Shown in pieces: positions 1 to 8,112 of a stretch of DNA of 64,000 nt. The position numbers were made by a program, and so were the translations under genes. Numbering within the stretch: the stretch's first letter is position 1; each line of letters begins with the position of its first letter. The notes under the pieces are model-generated. The model had not been told where the DNA came from. It made no database searches and saw only the letters and a list, made by a program, of their open reading frames with translations. The stretch lies in IMG/VR virus record IMGVR_UViG_3300045988_175656. The stretch is one strand, 5' to 3'. Source of the stretch: a virus.

Positions 1-232
1 AACGAACAATCATATCATTAAAAAACATCTCAACATTATTAGTAAAATGCACAGGAATTTTAAAATGATATAAAAATTCTAAATCGTTATTAATATAACG
101 AACATAAGGCTTCATATCCCTAAACTTTATATGTTTAAGAATATCCTTAATACAAGAAACATAACAATCATTAAATTTCTCTAATTCATCACAAATTGGG
201 GCAGAATTGAAATCATAACAAACATAAACCAT
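1..232 (-). CDS. hypothetical protein, 3' end beyond window
   Basis: Own translation from ATG at 232 (MVYVCYDFNSAPICDELEKFNDCYVSC...) stays open to nt 1. TAtaTTTG -7 box lies upstream at 274-281 (minus). Confidence 0.4.
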   Translation of the reverse strand, partial: MVYVCYDFNSAPICDELEKFNDCYVSCIKDILKHIKFRDMKPYVRYINNDLEFLYHFKIPVHFTNNVEMFFNDMIVR

Positions 233-273
233 ATATTTTAAATTAATAAATAAACTACTCTGCTAATAATAAG

Positions 274-281
274 CAAATATA
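274..281 (-). promoter_or_regulatory. -7 box TAtaTTTG (Bacteroidota sigma-A type)
   Basis: caaatata on plus strand = TATATTTG on minus, about 40 nt upstream of ATG at 232. Confidence 0.45.
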
Positions 282-290
282 CAAATTTAT

Positions 291-306
291 GTACTCATTT
301 GAGTAC
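291..306. repeat. palindrome GTACTCAtTTGAGTAC (copy 1 of 3)
   Basis: Inverted repeat read directly. Lies just after the stop of 315..914. Related copies at 8095-8111 and 8601-8616. Confidence 0.6.
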
Positions 307-314
307 ATATTATG

Positions 315-914
315 TTAAATAATGCTATATCTAAACACACAACCATAATTTAAACCATTTTCAATATTATTAAAATCATTTAAGAATTGCTTCTTTATAT
401 CCTCACCATTAGTAATAGGATAAACCAATTCACCAAATGTTTTAATAAATTTATTGAATATTTCACATATATTAATATAAGATTGAGTTATGTTTTCTCT
501 ATACCTTAATGTAGGTATAACCCTATAACCGCAATCTTTACCATTTTCGTAAACTTTATTTACAATGTAAGTGTAATGTTCAAACGTACCATAATACATA
601 CGATAAGGAATATTTACTTTCGTTTCAAGATGAAAATGTAACTCCACATAATCACAAGGAGTTGTAAATACACCTTTTTCATACATAGACGTTATACCCT
701 CATAAGTAATAAGGTCAGAACCTTTTACTCCCTCAAAACTATTATCACAATGCCATAAGTGATAAACATCCCTTACATTATCATAAATCATAAGTTCATT
801 AAACAAATTGCTATCTGCTTTAATTCCACAACCATTAACATTATAATACACAACTTTACCTCTGTTAACAAAGTCCTTGAACTCATTAACAGTATTTAAC
901 TTTTTTAAATTCAT
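315..914 (-). CDS. hypothetical early protein
   Basis: ORF track 315..920 starts on TTG; first ATG is at 914 (MNLKKLNTVNEFKDFVNRGKVVYY). N-terminus resembles that of 999..1241. Confidence 0.6.
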   Translation of the reverse strand: MNLKKLNTVNEFKDFVNRGKVVYYNVNGCGIKADSNLFNELMIYDNVRDVYHLWHCDNSFEGVKGSDLITYEGITSMYEKGVFTTPCDYVELHFHLETKVNIPYRMYYGTFEHYTYIVNKVYENGKDCGYRVIPTLRYRENITQSYINICEIFNKFIKTFGELVYPITNGEDIKKQFLNDFNNIENGLNYGCVFRYSII

Positions 915-998
915 ATACAATAATTTACTGTTCTTAACATAAAATGTTAAGAAATATTAAAATACACCACACCCTATAAAAAGAGTGTAGCGTACATT

Positions 999-1241
999 TT
1001 ATTTAACAAAATATTCATCTAAGTTAAATTCGGGTGAATAGACTATTCTGTTATGATAGTCGTAAATAAGCGTATTTAAACGCAAATTTGTACCCGTACA
1101 ATAAATGTAGTATCTATCACAAAATTTGTCTGTATTGTCAAATTTGACAATGTAATCACTGTCAGACCAATAAACAGTTTTACCATTTTTAACACTTTCA
1201 CAAAATTCTTTTACACTTTTAAACTTACTAATTTTCTCCAT
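999..1241 (-). CDS. hypothetical early protein (N-terminal paralog of 315..914)
   Basis: ORF track. KFKSVKEFCESVKNGKTVYW matches KLNTVNEFKDFVNRGKVVYY of the neighbour. TAccTTTG box at 1268-1275 upstream. Confidence 0.6.
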   Translation of the reverse strand: MEKISKFKSVKEFCESVKNGKTVYWSDSDYIVKFDNTDKFCDRYYIYCTGTNLRLNTLIYDYHNRIVYSPEFNLDEYFVK

Positions 1242-1267
1242 ATAGTTATACTTTTTATTATCTCAAA

Positions 1268-1275
1268 CAAAGGTA
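1268..1275 (-). promoter_or_regulatory. -7 box TAccTTTG
   Basis: caaaggta on plus strand, with TTTG about 20 nt further upstream on the minus strand. Confidence 0.5.
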
Positions 1276-2065
1276 AGAACTTAATTCCATATATACAAAT
1301 TATTTGAGTTAAATTATGTAAAAATTTAGATAAAGTACTGATTATTAAGCAAGTACAGTAATAAATATAAAATACCTCGTTTTAAAGCCTTATTTTGATA
1401 GATAAACCGTTTTAATACAGAGTATTAGATGATAGGGTGAAATGGTCTGAAAACGGCTTAAAATAGCCTTATTTGGCGTGTGAAGTGATTGAGTAGTAAG
1501 GAGTTTAGAAAATGAATGAAAAGTAGTAATATAATATAACTTAAAAACAAATATATTAAGAGAGATTAATTGGGATTAATATAAATTAAGAAGAAAGAGG
1601 GGATAAGGCTTAAATAAACTAAAATATAGCTTAAATTGATAGGAATTAACAAAAACAAGTAAAAACAAACTGTGTGCTGTGTAAATTTTAACAATTTTTT
1701 AGAAAATTTTGAAATTAGTTAAAATATTTTAACATTAATATTAATTAACTAAAATTATTTGCAAATATTAAATTGTCATTTTGTCAGTAAAATATAATAA
1801 AAGTTAATCATTTAGTTATCTTAACTGAAAATATTTGGTAAATAATTATCATCTAATATTTTAAAAATACCCATAGAGAAAATTTAAAATTATGTTAAAA
1901 TTGCTATATAGAGTTAGCAATTTACATATTTTATATCATATATCATATTATTAGTAAAAATGTTAATAATGATTACAAAATGATATTTTTAAATTTATTT
2001 AAGTAAAAAATTTTGGTCATTAATATTTGTTAAATTTAAGTTTATTTAACAAATGGAAAGGTTCA

Positions 2066-2152
2066 TTAACAATTTTAGTTTTTATATATTGGAGACTATA
2101 CTTTAGAATATTACTCCTACCTCTTTATCTCTTTTTGTATAGTACAAAGATA
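2066..2152 (-). repeat. promoter-coupled conserved element, copy A (candidate sRNA unit)
   Basis: Read on minus strand: -7 box (caaagata 2145-2152), core GGAGACTATACTTT 2091-2104, TTAAC 2066-2070 after an exact 20-nt spacer. Confidence 0.75.
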
Positions 2153-2185
2153 GGGAAATTTTCGTTCCCTACCAAATTATTTTAG

Positions 2186-2407
2186 TTAATAAATGTCAAA
2201 TTTATACCCTAATTTATCTGCAAGTTTCTTTATATATTTTGCTGTTGGGTGCGGTGGATAATAGCCATGTACGGGTGTGACTGTTTTATTATGTTCATTT
2301 ACTAAACAAACTGAATAACCGCTATAATCTTCCATGAAATAACAATCTATCACATCATTTCCTTTGTATGAATATTCACTTCCTTTCACTTTTTTCAATG
2401 CTGCCAT
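2186..2407 (-). CDS. hypothetical early protein
   Basis: ORF track; ATG confirmed; TAccTTTG box at 2453-2460 upstream. Confidence 0.6.
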   Translation of the reverse strand: MAALKKVKGSEYSYKGNDVIDCYFMEDYSGYSVCLVNEHNKTVTPVHGYYPPHPTAKYIKKLADKLGYKFDIY

Positions 2408-2452
2408 AATTTATTTAATTTTTAATTGTTAGTATTCTTATTTTGATATATA

Positions 2453-2460
2453 CAAAGGTA
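2453..2460 (-). promoter_or_regulatory. -7 box TAccTTTG with hairpin between -33 and -7
   Basis: Minus strand reads TTTGgtaggtatcgggaaaatacctaccTTTG. The GGTAGGTAT/ATACCTACC stem is embedded in the promoter. Confidence 0.55.
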
Positions 2461-2503
2461 GGTATTTTCCCGATACCTACCAAATATTTTGAGTTAATAA
2501 AAG

Positions 2504-2809
2504 TTAATCTTCTTTGTTAAATTCTTCACTATCGTATATATCACCACATATAGACCACAATACCCAAACGGATAATTCTTCTTTATTCCATTTTTGTAGC
2601 TCTGTTTTCTCATGGCAACCATATTCAAGAATGTGGTTAATTAGTCTTTCTTTTGGTATTTTATCAAATTGCTTTTTGATTTCGGGTATTTCTATCCACC
2701 TTTGACAATCTTCTTCACAATCTCCACTATGGCAGCAATTTTCTACACATTCTCTACTTAGTTCAATTTCAAAGCTGTTATCTACATAGCCATAAAATAA
2801 ATTTTCCAT
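2504..2809 (-). CDS. Cys-rich hypothetical early protein (paralog of 3435..3734)
   Basis: ORF track. Shares the pattern E..EC..(E/N)C...W...(I/V)(K/L)KQF...E.L with the 3435 gene. Confidence 0.65.
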   Translation of the reverse strand: MENLFYGYVDNSFEIELSRECVENCCHSGDCEEDCQRWIEIPEIKKQFDKIPKERLINHILEYGCHEKTELQKWNKEELSVWVLWSICGDIYDSEEFNKED

Positions 2810-2911
2810 ATCTGTTATTTTTAATTGTTAGTACTTTAATTTTGATACAACAAAGGTAAATAAAAAAGGTGAACTATGCAAATAATTCACCTTATATTTT
2901 CTTCCTTTTAA

Positions 2912-3355
2912 CTATTTTTTAATAATCTCGTATCTATCTTTGTCCCACCTACTATTAAACCATTCATCCGCATTTTTATACAGACGTAAAGTATCAACGT
3001 TTAAGTTTCTATTAACGCATAATAGTTGGTGAATTGACTTGATAGATAAAAATTTCTTAATCATATCAACTGTTAGTGTATAATCGTCTCTATCAAGCAA
3101 ACAACACCCCGAACCGTTATTTTTTGTTGGAACATATTCAAAGCTACAACTCCATGAATAAAAGTCGTTTCTACCAATATAAAGTATTGTAGTTCCGTCT
3201 GTTACAAAAAACCACATACGATGATACATAGTATTAACTACACTTTCTTTTTCTTCTTCGGTTAATACCTTATGGAAATAAACAGTTAAACCTTCATCTA
3301 CACATTGATTTAAAAGGTTTACCAATTCTTTTTTAAATTCTTCTTTCATGCTCAT
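2912..3355 (-). CDS. hypothetical early protein
   Basis: ORF track; AGTTATG start context. Confidence 0.65.
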   Translation of the reverse strand: MSMKEEFKKELVNLLNQCVDEGLTVYFHKVLTEEEKESVVNTMYHRMWFFVTDGTTILYIGRNDFYSWSCSFEYVPTKNNGSGCCLLDRDDYTLTVDMIKKFLSIKSIHQLLCVNRNLNVDTLRLYKNADEWFNSRWDKDRYEIIKK

Positions 3356-3434
3356 AACTTATATTCTTTAATTGTTTATGCAAATGTAGGTATTTAATCA
3401 ATATGAACCAAATTATTTTAGTTAATAAATGTTG

Positions 3435-3734
3435 TTATATATCAGCCAATTCATCACTTACTTTAATACAACATTCGTACAATGCCCATTGAATTAATTC
3501 TCTACGTCCTAATTTTTTAACTTCTTCAAAAGATAATTCACATGGCATATCATAAACAAAAGTAGCTAATGTTTCATCTTTAATGAATTGAAATTGTTTC
3601 AATACCTTTTCATTCTTCATCCATTTTTCAACATTATCAGAATTAAATTCAATAGTACCACATTCCTTAATACATTCAAAAGGAAGTTCTACAAATATAC
3701 TATCATCTATACCAACTTTAATTAATACTTTCAT
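3435..3734 (-). CDS. Cys-rich hypothetical early protein (paralog of 2504..2809)
   Basis: ORF track 3435..3788 trimmed. A TAccTTTG box (3766-3773) lies inside the long ORF, so the ATG at 3734 (MKVLIKVG...) is the likely start. This gives 100 aa, similar to its 101-aa paralog. Confidence 0.6.
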   Translation of the reverse strand: MKVLIKVGIDDSIFVELPFECIKECGTIEFNSDNVEKWMKNEKVLKQFQFIKDETLATFVYDMPCELSFEEVKKLGRRELIQWALYECCIKVSDELADI

Positions 3735-3765
3735 ATTGTTTAATTTATTATTAATTTTACTATTG

Positions 3766-3773
3766 CAAAGGTA
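3766..3773 (-). promoter_or_regulatory. -7 box TAccTTTG
   Basis: caaaggta on plus strand, 32 nt upstream of ATG 3734. Confidence 0.5.
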
Positions 3774-3845
3774 TAAATTAGTTTTCATATATGCAAATAT
3801 AACATGAATTATTTATGTTAATAGTTCTTAATTTATTTATATTTT

Positions 3846-3929
3846 TTAACTAAAAATTATTATATCTATTGGAGACTATACTTTATATTGTTACATATAC
3901 CTCTTTGTTTTTCTTATAGTACAAAGATA
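3846..3929 (-). repeat. promoter-coupled conserved element, copy B
   Basis: -7 box caaagata 3922-3929, core GGAGACTATACTTT 3871-3884, TTAAC 3846-3850 (20-nt spacer). Confidence 0.75.
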
Positions 3930-3984
3930 AGAAAAAGGTATGACACTACCAAATAATATCATACCTTTAACATTATATTAACAT

Positions 3985-4209
3985 TTACTTATTTCCCACC
4001 ACTTCAATATATACATTGCATTTAGGATAGCATTTTTGTAACTTCCTTTGTGTTATTTCAGCCCTACTAAATGAATTATAATACTTTGGTGGGCGTGTGT
4101 CTGTATAAAACATGGTAGGTGGATTAAGGATAGGTTTATGTTTCCTATCCCACCTAACAAACACATAAGGAGTATAATTATAATTGACAAAAACCAAATA
4201 TTGTTTCAT
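3985..4209 (-). CDS. hypothetical early protein
   Basis: ORF track; 4-nt ATGA overlap with the upstream gene. Confidence 0.55.
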   Translation of the reverse strand: MKQYLVFVNYNYTPYVFVRWDRKHKPILNPPTMFYTDTRPPKYYNSFSRAEITQRKLQKCYPKCNVYIEVVGNK

Positions 4210-4784
4210 ACTGCATAATATTTACCGTTTTCTAAAAATTCATATAAATTAGCTTCGCAAATTTCGTTTAAATCTTCTTCTGATATTTCATAAAAGAAAG
4301 CATATCCATAATTTTCAAATTCTTTACATTTAGCAAAATACCATGCTTTTACATTTTCTTCAACTTTTTGTAAAATTTGTTCATGTTTAGGATTTTCATA
4401 ATTATCCTCAATTTCTATACTAACTGTATGTGCATGGCAATAATGATAATCAAACTTTGTGAATTTAATTTTTGAAATATCGTCACCTGCAATTTCTTTT
4501 TGTCTCTTTGTCAAACCTTGTGTAAAGATTTTCCAAATACGTTCATCAATACCATAGGTAGGAATTTCACCATACATACAAAAGCCGTCTCCTTGACAAT
4601 AGTCCAAAGAGAAACTTACTTTTAAAGTTTCAATGCCATATTCAGACTTTAATTCTTCTAAACAATCTCTTTCAAATTCAGACGGTTCTAAATTATTAAG
4701 CCACCATTGTTTCACAACTTCTTTTGCTTCACTTGACAGTTCATTAAATTTGTAAACCTTAATTTCTTTAATTTCTGTTCTCAT
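4206..4784 (-). CDS. hypothetical early protein
   Basis: ORF track, 192 aa; AGTTATG start context. Confidence 0.7.
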   Translation of the reverse strand: MRTEIKEIKVYKFNELSSEAKEVVKQWWLNNLEPSEFERDCLEELKSEYGIETLKVSFSLDYCQGDGFCMYGEIPTYGIDERIWKIFTQGLTKRQKEIAGDDISKIKFTKFDYHYCHAHTVSIEIEDNYENPKHEQILQKVEENVKAWYFAKCKEFENYGYAFFYEISEEDLNEICEANLYEFLENGKYYAV

Positions 4785-4908
4785 AACTCATATAATTTTT
4801 AATTGTTACTATCTTTATTTCTCTGTGACAAAGATAAGGCTTTTATTTGAATTGGCAAAATATATTAGAATATTTTTATGTTAATGATTATTAAATTTTT
4901 CACATTAA

Positions 4909-4987
4909 TTAACAAATTAAAATTAAATATATTGGAGACTATACTTTAAGATATTACTCTTACCTTTTTTCTTATACAACAAAGGTA
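4909..4987 (-). repeat. promoter-coupled conserved element, copy C
   Basis: -7 box caaaggta 4980-4987, core 4934-4947, TTAAC 4909-4913 (20-nt spacer). Confidence 0.75.
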
Positions 4988-5030
4988 CGAAATAAATCCG
5001 TACCTTACAAATTATTATGGTTAAAAGATG

Positions 5031-5192
5031 TTACCAAATACAATAATAATAGTTACCACTTCTCACAATCTCACTTGCTTTATCCCAACCGTAAAGTTTT
5101 TTCATACCTTTTAAACTCCCTGTCGTTGAGCAACTTGTATATCTCTTATCACTTAAATAAGATGATATTTTCTTTGTACTAATATATTTCAT
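5031..5192 (-). CDS. small hypothetical protein (53 aa)
   Basis: Own translation MKYISTKKISSYLSDKRYTSCSTTGSLKGMKKLYGWDKASEIVRSGNYYYCIW. AGTTATG context, 4 nt after the stop of 5197..5394. Below the ORF-track cutoff. Confidence 0.35.
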   Translation of the reverse strand: MKYISTKKISSYLSDKRYTSCSTTGSLKGMKKLYGWDKASEIVRSGNYYYCIW

Positions 5193-5196
5193 AACT

Positions 5197-5394
5197 TTAA
5201 TATTTTTCGTTACATATATTTTCTATCTCTTTAATTATGTTTTCTGTACTTATACCCGTTAATACTGTTATATCAGATAACAATTTCATAAGTTTATTGT
5301 AGTTCCTACTACCTTTTACGGACAAGTCACCATTTTTCTTAAACATTTGACTTTTATTATATCCTAAAGTTTTTAAGAGTTTTTCTAAATCCAT
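5197..5394 (-). CDS. hypothetical early protein
   Basis: ORF track; promoter hairpin/TAccTTTG upstream (about 5420-5450). Confidence 0.5.
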   Translation of the reverse strand: MDLEKLLKTLGYNKSQMFKKNGDLSVKGSRNYNKLMKLLSDITVLTGISTENIIKEIENICNEKY

Positions 5395-5471
5395 ATTTTT
5401 AATTGTTATTTCTTATGATACAAAGGTAGGGAAATTTCTATTCCCTACCAAATATTTTATGTTAATAAGAA

Positions 5472-6191
5472 TTAATATTCTTCACTTGCTTTCATAATTC
5501 CTTCAAGAAGTGATATTTCCTTAATATCAAAAAGATAGTATTCGTCCTGTGTATCATACGAATAATCACAATTATTACATATTTGTCCTTTTGCGTTAAG
5601 ATAAATCATTGTATCAACATTAATATAATCTTCAAGTTCTTCAATACTAATTTCTTTGGTGTAGTCTAATGTTTTCCAACCGCCTAATTCATATCCTCTG
5701 CCCTCTGAAATGATATTACGCACATTATATTCATCATTTCTAAGTGAGAAGAAAGAAAGCATGGAAAGAAATTGAATACTTTCTTTTTGTTCTTTTGGGT
5801 ATGTGTGGTAACTATCATTTGATAATTGTATCATTGATAAACATTCATCTTTATAATTTTGATACATATACATTTCAATCAATAAATGTATAAATTCTAA
5901 TGATTGGCAAGATTTTCTACCATTAACAACTATGTAAAAATTACTTACAGATATTTTTAATCTCTTCAATTCCTCTAATATAAAACGTATTGCAGGAATA
6001 TTTAGAGTAGGTTCACCACCTGTAATTGTAAGGCTACCAATTGAACTAATATCTTGTAATGCTTTTGTAATATATGCTTTATGTATATTTCTTTTTTGTG
6101 CTTCACCTCTTAAACAATGCGCACATTTCATATTACATTTGCGTGTTACTTCAATTGCCAATTCATTTAAAATTAATTTCTTCTTTTCCAT
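5472..6191 (-). CDS. radical SAM enzyme (short, twitch/SPASM-like C-terminal Cys motif)
   Basis: CNMKCAHC (CX3CX2C) near the N-terminus, LTITGGEPTL SAM-binding motif, C-terminal GQICNNCDYSY. Confidence 0.85.
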   Translation of the reverse strand: MEKKKLILNELAIEVTRKCNMKCAHCLRGEAQKRNIHKAYITKALQDISSIGSLTITGGEPTLNIPAIRFILEELKRLKISVSNFYIVVNGRKSCQSLEFIHLLIEMYMYQNYKDECLSMIQLSNDSYHTYPKEQKESIQFLSMLSFFSLRNDEYNVRNIISEGRGYELGGWKTLDYTKEISIEELEDYINVDTMIYLNAKGQICNNCDYSYDTQDEYYLFDIKEISLLEGIMKASEEY

Positions 6192-6310
6192 AACTTATTA
6201 TCTTTAATTGTTTGATACAAAGGTATGGTTTTTATTTGAATTATGCAAGCATTTATCATATTATTTTGTGTTAATAAAAGTTAATAGATTATAGTTAAAA
6301 TTATATAAAA

Positions 6311-6395
6311 TTAACAAAAATGCTACTGATATGTTGGAGACTATACTCTAATATTTTACTATTACCTATCATTTATTTCTGATAATACAAAGATA
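6311..6395 (-). repeat. promoter-coupled conserved element, copy D
   Basis: -7 box caaagata 6388-6395, core GGAGACTATACTCT 6336-6349, TTAAC 6311-6315 (20-nt spacer). Confidence 0.75.
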
Positions 6396-6443
6396 AGGAT
6401 AATAAATGGAATTACCAAATTATTATCCTTATTAAATGTTAAT

Positions 6444-6701
6444 TTATTTTTTATATATGTGTTCTTCCATAATTAGGCGACCATTTAAATCGTATGTGCG
6501 TTTAATGACTTCATCACTGTGAAATATTTCAGCAATTGAAATTGCTTTATCATCACTTTTACATTTTATTTGTGTGAAGTTTTCGCATAATACTTGTGTT
6601 CTGCCCCAATTGATTAGCCCAACATATCTATTATTTGGAATAAAACCTTTAGCACGTGTTTTAATTGCATAATAAACACCTTTAAAAACTCTTTTACTCA
6701 T
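6444..6701 (-). CDS. hypothetical early protein
   Basis: ORF track; AGTTATG start context. Confidence 0.6.
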   Translation of the reverse strand: MSKRVFKGVYYAIKTRAKGFIPNNRYVGLINWGRTQVLCENFTQIKCKSDDKAISIAEIFHSDEVIKRTYDLNGRLIMEEHIYKK

Positions 6702-6728
6702 AACTATACATTTTTAATTGTTACAAAT

Positions 6729-6941
6729 TTACCATATTCTTATGTTATAATCATTGAAATAGTTTTCAAGTTCTTTCAAGCCCTCTAAACTATGAATACC
6801 ACCATTTTTATCTTTTACTTCAATATCAATAGTTTCGCCATAGTCATTTGTTAATGCTATTTCAGAAGTAGAGAAAACCTCTTTTACAATGTTTACTACT
6901 TCATCATTATTCTTTTTCCCTTTTACGATATTTAATTTCAT
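6729..6941 (-). CDS. hypothetical early protein
   Basis: ORF track; AGTTATG start context. Confidence 0.55.
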   Translation of the reverse strand: MKLNIVKGKKNNDEVVNIVKEVFSTSEIALTNDYGETIDIEVKDKNGGIHSLEGLKELENYFNDYNIRIW

Positions 6942-7086
6942 AACTTAAAACTTTTAATTGTTAATACTATATGTTCTTTTTCTATATTACAAAGATACAA
7001 TAATCATTTGATATATGAAAGTATTTTGTGTTAATGAATATAAATTAATTCTTAAAAAATGTTAACTACTACTTGCGTTGAGGCTT

Positions 7087-7127
7087 ATAAAAATAGGGCT
7101 ATCTATTCATCACGAACTGATAACCCT
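7087..7127 (-). terminator. rho-independent terminator after 7159..7881
   Basis: Stem AGGGCTATC (7095-7103) / GATAACCCT (7119-7127), followed by a T-run on the minus strand. Confidence 0.5.
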
Positions 7128-7158
7128 TTCTAACAATTAAAAATATTAGTTATGAAAA

Positions 7159-7881
7159 CTAAATTATATTTTCCGTTAAGAATTTTTCCCCTTTTAAGTG
7201 TCTTATGTGCCCCTCATTATAAGTCATTGGTTTGGGATTAATAAAACAACTTTCAAAAGTAAATCTCGTATGTTTTCTATTATCTTGATTTTTATCAATG
7301 TTTTGTGTTTTAATGAATGAAGAGAAATACTGTTGAGTTAAATCATTTATTTTTACATCACCATTAAATTCCATATCAACATTACCATTTTGTGTAATAT
7401 ATTGTGGCATTCCGTTTGGTGCTTTTACCAATACACTATCTTGATTATACTTCTTACATAGATTAATTGCAAGATTTTTTAAAGCGTTAAAATCCTTTTC
7501 ATTTCCATTTCTATCGAAATTTAACACAATGTAAGAAGTTTCATATACTTGTTTTTCATTTTCAGTTCCTTTGTTTTCAATAAAACCACCAAAAACAGGT
7601 ACAAATGAAAATCCAGAATTTTTAATATCATTTAATAATTGTTTAGATAATTTATTATTGGTTTGATTATCATTTTCTCCACGAGAAGCTGATATGATTA
7701 TAAAACCGTTATTATAATGTTTACCTAACAATCTATCAACCGTCATTTCATTTAAAGGCTGTAAAGGAAATGTATTGGTATCACCTACTTCCATATATTC
7801 TTTGATAAGATTATATTGTTTAGCTAAATTAGTATTACATAACTTATCAAATTGTTCATTTATATTTTTTAAAATAGTCAT
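7159..7881 (-). CDS. hypothetical protein
   Basis: ORF track, 240 aa; no motif recognised. Confidence 0.7.
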   Translation of the reverse strand: MTILKNINEQFDKLCNTNLAKQYNLIKEYMEVGDTNTFPLQPLNEMTVDRLLGKHYNNGFIIISASRGENDNQTNNKLSKQLLNDIKNSGFSFVPVFGGFIENKGTENEKQVYETSYIVLNFDRNGNEKDFNALKNLAINLCKKYNQDSVLVKAPNGMPQYITQNGNVDMEFNGDVKINDLTQQYFSSFIKTQNIDKNQDNRKHTRFTFESCFINPKPMTYNEGHIRHLKGEKFLTENII

Positions 7882-7909
7882 AATTTATCTAATTTTATTA
7901 TATAAATAG

Positions 7910-7994
7910 TAGCTCTGATGGGAGTCGAACCCACACGTCTATAAAGACCTCAGTGTTTGAGACTGATGCGTACTACCAATTTCGCCACAGAGCC
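7910..7994 (-). tRNA. tRNA-Leu (anticodon CAA)
   Basis: Reverse complement is GGCTCTGTGGCGAAATTGGTAGTACGCATCAGTCTCAAACACTGAGGTCTTTATAGACGTGTGGGTTCGACTCCCATCAGAGCTA. It has a 7-bp acceptor stem, anticodon loop CTCAAAC, long variable arm (GTCT/AGAC) and T-loop TTCGACT. Confidence 0.9.
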
Positions 7995-8000
7995 ATTTTA

Positions 8001-8086
8001 AATAAGGGAAGAAGCGATGATTGTATTTGCTGATTATCAATCGGATTAGACATTAAAAGTTATTAAAATGCTTATCTTCCCTTATT
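8001..8086 (-). other. long stem-loop immediately upstream (minus sense) of the tRNA
   Basis: AATAAGGGAAGA (8001-8012) pairs perfectly with TCTTCCCTTATT (8075-8086) around a loop of about 62 nt. Confidence 0.5.
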
Positions 8087-8094
8087 ATATTTTA

Positions 8095-8111
8095 GATACT
8101 CAATTGAGTAC
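8095..8111. repeat. palindrome GATACTCAATTGAGTAC (copy 2 of 3)
   Basis: TACTCAATTGAGTA is a perfect palindrome, directly after the stop of 8113..8562. Confidence 0.6.
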
Positions 8112-8112
8112 T

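Noticed and set aside
7141-7230. 29-aa plus-strand mini-ORF preceded by a leader-like CTAACAATTAAAAATATTAGTTATG
   Set aside because: It overlaps the 3' end of 7159..7881 on the other strand, and no TAnnTTTG box lies upstream. The leader motif is quasi-palindromic (AACAATT/AATTGTT), so a reverse-strand look-alike is expected by chance.
7951-7965. Similarity between the repeat core (AGTCTCCAAC) and the tRNA-Leu anticodon arm (AGTCTCAAAC), suggesting an anticodon-stem-loop mimic
   Set aside because: The sequences flanking the core cannot form the required 5-bp stem in the copies I checked. The shared hexamer is short enough to be coincidence.
8001-8086. Second tRNA or tRNA-like gene next to tRNA-Leu
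   Set aside because: The 12-bp terminal stem and single large AT-rich loop have no D arm, anticodon arm or T arm, and there is no GTTCRA T-loop.
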